Shown here: positions 53,201 to 64,000 of the stretch, piece by piece
Layout: every line of letters begins with the position of its first letter
Position numbering within the stretch: position 1 is the stretch's first letter
Source: Eledone cirrhosa
Lineage: Eukaryota
Assembly: GCA_964016885.1 (NCBI GenBank)
Contig: OZ024743.1
Coordinates: 258,912,001-258,976,000 of the forward strand
Direction of reading: 5' to 3'
Length of the DNA: 64,000 bases
The notes under the pieces: generated by a model
Database searches by the model: none
The model's input: only the letters and a program-made list of their open reading frames with translations
What the model was told of the DNA's origin: nothing
Program-made: the position numbers and the translations under genes

Positions 53201-56200
53201 GGGACTATAATACAGTTTACTATAACACAGTGTACACAACTGGGACTATAATACAGTTTACTATAACACAGTGTACACAACTGGGACTATAATACAGTTT
53301 ACTATAACACAGTGTACATAACTGGGACTATAATATAGTTTACTATAACACAGTGTACATAACTGGGACTATAATACAGGTTACTATAACACAGTGTACA
53401 TAACTGTGACTATAATACAGTTTACTATAACACAGTGTACATAACTGGGACTATAATACAGTTTACTATAACACAGTGTACACAATTAGGACTATAATAC
53501 AGTTTACTATAACACGGTGTACATAACTGGGACTATAATACAGGTTACTATAACACAATGTACACAACTGGGACTATAATATAGTTTAATATAACACAGT
53601 ATACACAACTGGGACTATAATACAGTTTACTATAATACAGTGTACACAACTGGGACTATAATACAGTTTACTATAATTCAGTGTACACAACTGGGACTAT
53701 AATACAGTTTACTATAACACAGTGTACATAACTGGGACTATAATAAAGTTTACTATAACACAGTGGACATAACTGGGACTATAATACAGTTTACTATAAC
53801 ACAGTGTACATAACTGGGACTATAATACAGTTTACTATAACACAGTGTACACAACTGGGACTATAATACAGTTTACTTTTACACAGTGTACACAACTGGG
53901 ACTATAATACAGGTTACTATAACACAGTGTACACAACTGGGACTATAATACACTTTACTATAACACAGTGTACACAACTGGGACTATAATACAGTTTACT
54001 ATAACACAGTGTACATAACTGGGACTATAATACAGTTTACTATAACACAGTGTACATAACTGGGACTATAATACAGTTTACTATAATTCAGTGTACACAA
54101 CTGGGACTATAATACAGTTTACTATAACACAGTGTACACAACTGGGACTATAATACAGGTTACTATAACAGAGTGTACATAACTGGGACTATAATACAGT
54201 TTACTATAACACAGTATACATAACTGTGACTATAATACAGTTTACTATAACACAGTGTACATAACTGGGACTATAATAAAGTTTACTATAACACAGTGGA
54301 CATAACTGGGACTATAATACAGTTTACTATAACACAGTGTACATAACTGGGACTATAATACAGTTTACTATAACACAGTGTACACAACTGGGACTATAAT
54401 ACAGTTTACTTTTACACAGTGTACACAACTGGGACTATAATACAGGTTACTATAACACAGTGTACACAACTGGGACTATAATACACTTTACTATAACACA
54501 GTGTACACAACTGGGACTATAATACAGTTTACTATAACACAGTGTACATAACTGGGACTATAATACAGTTTACTATAACACAGTGTACATAACTGGGACT
54601 ATAATACAGTTTACTATAACACAGTGTACATAACTGGGACTATAATACAGTTTACTATAACACAGTGTACATAACTGGGACTATAATACAGTTTACTTTT
54701 ACACAGTGTACACAACTGGGACTATAATACAGGTTACTATAACACAGTGTACACAACTGGGACTATAATACACTTTACTATAACACAGTGTACACAACTG
54801 GGACTATAATACAATTTACTATAACACAGAGTACATAACTGCGACTACAATATAGTTTACTATAACACAGTGTACACAACTGGGACTATAATACAGTTTA
54901 CTATAACACAGTGTACATAACTGGGACTATAATACAGTTTACTATAACACAGTGTACATAACTGGGACTATAATACAGTTTACTATAACACAGTTTACAC
55001 AACTGGGACTATAATACAGGTTACTATAACACAGTGTACACAACTGTGACTATAATACAGTTTACTATAACACCGTGTACACAACTGGGACTATAATACA
55101 GGTTACTATAACACAGTGTACATAACTGGGACTATAATAAAGTTTCCTATAACACAGTGTACACAACTGGGACTATAATACAGTTTACTATAACACAGTG
55201 TACACAATTAGGACTATAATACGGTTTACTATAACACGGTGTACATAACTGGGACTATATTACAGTTTACTATAACACAGTGTACATAGCTGGGACTATA
55301 ATACAGTTTACTATAACACAGTGTACATAACTGGGACTATAATACAGTTTACTATAACACAGTGTACACAACTGGGACTATAATACAGTTTACTATAACA
55401 CAGTGTACATAACTGGGACTATAATACAGTTTACTATAACACAGTGTACACAACTGGGACTATAATACAATTTACTATAACACAGTGTACATAACTGGGA
55501 CTATAATACAGTTTACTATAACACAGTGTACATAACTGGGACTATAATACAGTTTACTATAACACAGTGTACATAACTGGGACTATAATACAGTTTACTA
55601 TAACACAGTGTACACAACTGGGACTATAATACAGTTTACTATAACACAGTGTACATAACTGGGACTATAATACAGTTTACTATAACACAGTGTACATAAC
55701 TGGGACTATAATACAGTTTACTATAACACAGTGTACACAACTGGGACTATAATACAGTTTACTATAACACAGTGTACACAATTAGGACTATAATACGGTT
55801 TACTATAACACGGTGTACATAACTGGGACTATAATACAGTTTACTATAACACAGAGTACATAACTGGGACTACAATATAGTTTACGATAACACAGTGTAC
55901 ATAACTGGGACTATAATACAGTTTACTATAACACAGTGTACATAACTGGGACTATAATACATGTTACTATAACACAGTGTACACAACTGAGACTATAATA
56001 CAGTTTACTATAACACAGTGTACACAAATGGGACTATAATACAGTTTACTATAACACAGTGTACACAACTGGGACCATAATACAGTTTACTATAACACAG
56101 TGTACACAACTGGGACTATAATATAGGTTACTATAACACAGTGTACACAATTGTGACTATAATACAGTTTACTATAACACAGTGTACATAACTGGGACTA

Positions 56201-59200
56201 TAATACAGTTTACTATAACACAGTGTACATAACTGGGACTATAATACAGTTAACTATAACACAGTAGAGATAACTGGGACTATAATATAGTTTACTATAA
56301 CACAGTGTACATAACTGAGACTATAATACAGTTTACTATAACACAGTGTACATAACTGGGACTATAATACAGTTTCCTATAACACAGTGTACACAACTGG
56401 GACTATAATACAATTTACTATAACACAGTGTACACAACTGGGACTATAATACAGTTTACTATAACACAGTGTACACAACTGGGACTATAATACAATTTAC
56501 TATAACACAGTGTACATAACTGGGACTATAATACAGTTTACTATAACACAGTGTACACAACTGGGACTATAATACAGTTTACTATAACACAGTGTACACA
56601 ACTGGGACTATAATACAGTTTACTATAACACAGTGTACACAACTGGGACTATAATACAGTTTACTATAACACAGTGTACACAAATGGGACTATAATACAG
56701 TTTACTATAACACAGTGTACACAACTGGGACTATAATACAGTTTACTATAACACAGTGTACATAACTGGGACTATAATACAGGTTACTATAACACAGTGT
56801 ACATAACTGGGACTATAATAAAGTTTACTATAACACAGTGGACATAACTGGGACTATAATACAGGTTACTATAACACAGTGTACACAACTGGGACTATAA
56901 TACAGGTTACTATAACACAGTGTACACAACTGGGACTATAATATAGTTTACTATAAATAACACACTGTACACAACTGGGACTATAATATAGGTTACTATA
57001 ACACAGTGTACACAATTGTGTCTATAATACAGTTTACTATAACACAGTTTACACAACTGGGTCTATAATACAGTTTACTATAACACAGTGTACATAACTG
57101 GGACTATAATATAGTTTACTTTAACACAGTGTACACAACTGGGACTATAATACAGTTTACTATAACACAGTGTACACAACTGGGACTATAATACAGTTTA
57201 CTATAACACAGTGTACACAACTGGCACTATAATACAGTTTACTATAACATAGTGTACATAACTGGGACTATAATAAATTTTACTATAACACAGTGTACAC
57301 AACTTGGACTATAATACATTTTACTATAACACAGTGTACATAACTGGGACTATAATACAGTTTACTATAACACAGTGTACATAACTGGGACTACAATACA
57401 GGTTACTATAACACAGTGTACATAACTGGGCCTATAATACAGTTTACTATAACACAGTGTACACAACTGCGACTATAATACAGTTTACTATAACACAGTG
57501 TACATAGCTGGGACTATAATACAGTTTACTATAACACAGTGTACATAACTGGGACTATAATACAGTTTACTATAACACAGTGTACACAACTGGGACTATA
57601 ATACAGTTTACTATAACACAGTGTACACAACTGGGACTATAATATAGTTTACTATAACACAGTGTACACAACTGGGACTATAATACAGTTTACTATAACA
57701 CAGTGTACACAACTGGGACTATAATACAAGTTTACTATAACACAATGTACACAACTGGGACTATAATATAGTTTACTATAACACAGTGTACACAACTGGG
57801 ACTATAATACAGTTTACTATAACACAGTGTACACAACTGGGACTATAATACAGGTTTACTATAACACAATGTACACAACTGGGACTATAATATAGTTTAC
57901 TATAAATAACACACTGTACACAACTGGGACTATAATATAGGTTACTATAACACAGTGTACACAAGTGTGTCTATAATACAGTTTACTGTAACACAGTGTA
58001 CATAACTGGGACTATAATACAGTTTACTATAACACAGTGTACACAACTGGGACTATAATACAGGTTACTATAACACAGTGTACATAGCTGGGACTACAAT
58101 ACAGGTTACTATAACACAGTGTACATAATTGGGACTATAATACAGTTTACTATAACACAGTGTACACAATTGGGACTATAATACAGTTTACTATAACACA
58201 GTGTACACAACTGGGACTATAATACAGGTTACTGTAACACAGTGTACATAACTGGGACTATAATATAGTTTAATATAACACAGTGTACACAACTGGGACT
58301 ATAATACAGGTTACTATAACACAGTGTACACAACTGGGACTATAATACAGGTTTACATTAACACAGTGTACACAACTGGGACTATAATATAGTTTAATAT
58401 AACACAGTGTACACAACTGGGACTATAATACAGTTTACTATAACACAGTGTACACAACTGGGACTATAATACAGTTTACTATAACACAGTGTACACAACT
58501 GGGACTATAATATAGTTTAATATAACACAGTGTACATACCTGGGACTATAATCCAGTTTACTATAACACAGTGTACATAACTGTGACTATAATACAGTTT
58601 ACTATAACACAGTGTACATAACTGGGACTATAATATAGTTTAATATAACACAGTGTACACAACTGGGACTATAATACAGTTTACTATAACACAGTGTACA
58701 CAACTGCGACTATAATATAGTTTACTATAAGACAGTGTACACAACTGGGACTATAATACAGTTTACTATAACACAGTGTACACAACTGGGACTATAATAC
58801 AGTTTACTATAACACAGTGTACATACCTGGGACTATTATCCAGTTTACTATAACACAGTGTACATAACTGTGACTATAATACAGTTTACTATAACACAGT
58901 GTACATAACTGGGACTATAATATAATTTAATATAACACAGTGTACACAACTGGGACTATAATACAGGTTACTATAACACAGTGTACACAACTGGGACTAT
59001 AATACAGGTTTACATTAACACAATGTACACAACTGGGACTATAATATAGTTTACTATAAATAAAACAGTGTACACAACTGGGACTATAATATAGGTTACT
59101 ATAACACAGTGTACACAATTGTGACTATAATACAGTTTACTATAACACAGTGTACACAACTGGGACTATAATACAGTTTACTGTAACACAGTGTACATAA

Positions 59201-62200
59201 CTGGGACTATAATCCAGTTTACTATAACACAGTGTACATAACTGGGACTATAATACAGTTTACTATAACACAGTGTACACAACTGGGACTATAATACAGG
59301 TTACTATAACACAGTGTACATAGCTGGGACTACAATACAGGTTACTATAACACAGTGTACATAACTGGGACTATAATACAGTTTACTATAACACAGTGTA
59401 CACAACTGCGACTATAATATAGTTTACTATAAGACAGTGTACACAACTGGGACTATAATACAGTTTACTATAACACAGTGTACACAACTGGGACTATAAT
59501 ACAGTTTACTATAACCCAGCGTACATAGCTGGGACTATAATATATTTTAATATAACACAGTGTACACAACTGGGACTATAATACAGTTTACTATAACACA
59601 GTGTACACAACTGGGACTATAATACAGGTTTACTTTAACATAATGTACACAACTGGGACTATAATATAGTTTACAAAAATAACACAGTGTACACAACTGG
59701 GACTATAATATAGGTTACTATAACACAGTGTACACAATTGTGACTATAATACAGTTTACTATAACACAGTGTACACAACTGGGACTATAATACAGTTTAC
59801 TATGACACAGTGTACATAACTGGGACTATAATACAGTTTACTATAACACAGTGTACACAACTGGGACTATAATACAGTTTACTATAACACAGTGTACACA
59901 ACTGGGACTATAATACAGTTTACTATAACACAGTGTACACAACTGGGACTATAATACAGTTTACTATAACACAGTGTACACAACTGGGACTATAATACAG
60001 TTTACTATAACACAGTGTACATAACTGGGACTATAATACAGGTTACTATAACACAGTGTACATAACTGGGACTATAATAAAGTTTACTATAACACAGTGG
60101 ACATAACTGGGACTATAATACAGGTTACTATAACACAGTGTACACAACTGGGACTATAATACAGGTTACTATAACACAGTGTACACAACTGGGACTATAA
60201 TATAGTTTACTATAAATAACACACTGTACACAACTGGGACTATAATATAGGTTACTATAACACAGTGTACACAATTGTGTCTATAATACAGTTTACTATA
60301 ACACAGTTTACACAACTGGGACTATAATACAGTTTACTATAACACAGTGTACATAACTGGGACTATAATATAGTTTACTTTAACACAGTGTACACAACTG
60401 GGACTATAATACAGTTTACTATAACACAGTGTACACAACTGGGACTATAATACAGTTTACTATAACACAGTGTACACAACTGGCACTATAATACAGTTTA
60501 CTATAACATAGTGTACATAACTGGGACTATAATAAATTTTACTATAACACAGTGTACACAACTTGGACTATAATACAGTTTACTATAACACAGTGTACAT
60601 AACTGGGACTATAATACAGTTTACTATAACACAGTGTACATAACTGGGACTACAATACAGGTTACTATAACACAGTGTACATAACTGGGCCTATAATACA
60701 GTTTACTATAACACAGTGTACACAACTGCGACTATAATACAGTTTACTATAACACAGTGTACATAGCTGGGACTATAATACAGTTTACTATAACACAGTG
60801 TACATAACTGGGACTATAATACAGTTTACTATAACACAGTGTACACAACTGGGACTATAATACAGTTTACTATAACACAGTGTACACAACTGGGACTATA
60901 ATATAGTTTACTATAACACAGTGTACACAACTGGGACTATAATACAGTTTACTATAACACAGTGTACACAACTGGGACTATAATACAAGTTTACTATAAC
61001 ACAATGTACACAACTGGGACTATAATATAGTTTACTATAACACAGTGTACACAACTGGGACTATAATACAGTTTACTATAACACAGTGTACACAACTGGG
61101 ACTATAATACAGGTTTACTATAACACAATGTACACAACTGGGACTATAATATAGTTTACTATAAATAACACACTGTACACAACTGGGACTATAATATAGG
61201 TTACTATAACACAGTGTACACAAGTGTGTCTATAATACAGTTTACTGTAACACAGTGTACATAACTGGGACTATAATACAGTTTACTATAACACAGTGTA
61301 CACAACTGGGACTATAATACAGGTTACTATAACACAGTGTACATAGCTGGGACTACAATACAGGTTACTATAACACAGTGTACATAATTGGGACTATAAT
61401 ACAGTTTACTATAACACAGTGTACACAATTGGGACTATAATACAGTTTACTATAACACAGTGTACACAACTGGGACTATAATACAGGTTACTGTAACACA
61501 GTGTACATAACTGGGACTATAATATAGTTTAATATAACACAGTGTACACAACTGGGACTATAATACAGGTTACTATAACACAGTGTACACAACTGGGACT
61601 ATAATACAGGTTTACATTAACACAGTGTACACAACTGGGACTATAATATAGTTTAATATAACACAGTGTACACAACTGGGACTATAATACAGTTTACTAT
61701 AACACAGTGTACACAACTGGGACTATAATACAGTTTACTATAACACAGTGTACACAACTGGGACTATAATATAGTTTAATATAACACAGTGTACATACCT
61801 GGGACTATAATCCAGTTTACTATAACACAGTGTACATAACTGTGACTATAATACAGTTTACTATAACACAGTGTACATAACTGGGACTATAATATAGTTT
61901 AATATAACACAGTGTACACAACTGGGACTATAATACAGTTTACTATAACACAGTGTACACAACTGCGACTATAATATAGTTTACTATAAGACAGTGTACA
62001 CAACTGGGACTATAATACAGTTTACTATAACACAGTGTACACAACTGGGACTATAATACAGTTTACTATAACACAGTGTACATACCTGGGACTATTATCC
62101 AGTTTACTATAACACAGTGTACATAACTGTGACTATAATACAGTTTACTATAACACAGTGTACATAACTGGGACTATAATATAATTTAATATAACACAGT

Positions 62201-64000
62201 GTACACAACTGGGACTATAATACAGGTTACTATAACACAGTGTACACAACTGGGACTATAATACAGGTTTACATTAACACAATGTACACAACTGGGACTA
62301 TAATATAGTTTACTATAAATAAAACAGTGTACACAACTGGGACTATAATATAGGTTACTATAACACAGTGTACACAATTGTGACTATAATACAGTTTACT
62401 ATAACACAGTGTACACAACTGGGACTATAATACAGTTTACTGTAACACAGTGTACATAACTGGGACTATAATCCAGTTTACTATAACACAGTGTACATAA
62501 CTGGGACTATAATACAGTTTACTATAACACAGTGTACACAACTGGGACTATAATACAGGTTACTATAACACAGTGTACATAGCTGGGACTACAATACAGG
62601 TTACTATAACACAGTGTACATAACTGGGACTATAATACAGTTTACTATAACACAGTGTACACAACTGCGACTATAATATAGTTTACTATAAGACAGTGTA
62701 CACAACTGGGACTATAATACAGTTTACTATAACACAGTGTACACAACTGGGACTATAATACAGTTTACTATAACCCAGCGTACATAGCTGGGACTATAAT
62801 ATATTTTAATATAACACAGTGTACACAACTGGGACTATAATACAGTTTACTATAACACAGTGTACACAACTGGGACTATAATACAGGTTTACTTTAACAT
62901 AATGTACACAACTGGGACTATAATATAGTTTACAAAAATAACACAGTGTACACAACTGGGACTATAATATAGGTTACTATAACACAGTGTACACAATTGT
63001 GACTATAATACAGTTTACTATAACACAGTGTACACAACTGGGACTATAATACAGTTTACTATGACACAGTGTACATAACTAGGACTATAATACAGTTTAC
63101 TATAACACAGTGTACACAACTGGGACTATAATACAGTTTACTATAACACAGTGTACACAACTGGGACTATAATACAGTTTACTATAACACAGTGTACATA
63201 ACTGGGACTATAATACTGTTTACTATAACACAGTGTACACAACTGGGAATATAATACAGGTTACTATAACACAGTGTACATAACTGGGACTATAATACAG
63301 TTTACTATAACACAGTGTACATAACTGGGACTACAATACAGGTTACTATAACACAGTGTACATAACTGGGACTATAATACAGTTTACTATAACACAGTGT
63401 ACACAACTGGGACTATAATACAGTTTACTATAACACAGTGTACACAACTGGGACTATAATACAGGTTACTATAACACAGTGTACACAATTGGGACTATAA
63501 TACAGTTTACTATAACACAGTGTACACAATTGGGACTATAATACAGTTTACTATAACACAGTGTACACAACTGGGACTATAATACAGTTTACTATAACAC
63601 AGTGTACACAATTGGGACTATAATACAGTTTACTATAACACAGTTTTCACAACTGGGACTATAATACAGTTTACTATAACACAGTGTACACAATTGGGAC
63701 TATAATACAGTTTACTATAACACAGTGTACACAACTGGGACTATAATATAGTTTACTATAACACAGTGTACACAACTGGGACTATAATATAGTTTACTAT
63801 AACACAGTGTACATAACTGGGACTATAATACAGTTTACTATAACACAGTATACATAACTGTGACTATAATACAGTTTACTATAACACAGTGTACATAACT
63901 GGGACTATAATACAGGTTTCTATAACACAGTATACATAACTGTGACTATAATATAGTTTACTATAACACAGTATACATAACTGTGACTATAATATAGTTT
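20264..64000. repeat. 41-bp satellite array (>43.7 kb, about 1,065 monomers, runs off the window)
   Basis: Consensus CAGTTTACTATAACACAGTGTACA(C/T)AACTGGGACTATAATA, head-to-tail in a single orientation with no visible TE interruption; 34% GC; no CpG in the consensus. Confidence 0.99.

Noticed and set aside
40009-62377. Cys-rich ~60-aa minus-strand ORFs (MCTLCYS...)
   Set aside because: Chance read-through where indel monomers shift frame past the recurring stop; useful only as duplication markers.
20264-64000. CRISPR-like array
   Set aside because: Monomers are contiguous with no unique spacers, there are no cas genes, and the context is eukaryotic.

Overview
Eukaryotic (animal) genomic DNA, AT-rich. 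An octopod cephalopod is the most plausible source; this is inferred from the SINE, MITE and RTE repertoire, not proven. The first 20.2 kb holds the last three coding exons of an SDA1/SDAD1 ribosome-biogenesis gene (+ strand: 5275-5359, 6211-6369, 11443-11493). These exons sit in a dense mosaic of transposons: tRNA-derived SINEs, hAT and piggyBac-like MITEs, a 5'-truncated but stop-free RTE-clade LINE whose RT region carries an inserted PHD-type finger, a decayed second RTE, two Tx1/L1-clade fragments (one between (TC)n tracts), a decayed R4/Dong-like RLE LINE, and two inverted-repeat elements with a degenerate minimal hammerhead-ribozyme motif (possibly Penelope-like). From about 20264 to the window end (>43.7 kb) is an uninterrupted 41-bp satellite array of about 1,065 monomers. 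Its diagnostic variants reveal stacked multi-kb tandem duplications (offsets 1849, 5578-5742, 6067, 6038-6120 and 3259 bp). No prokaryotic features or CRISPR arrays are present.
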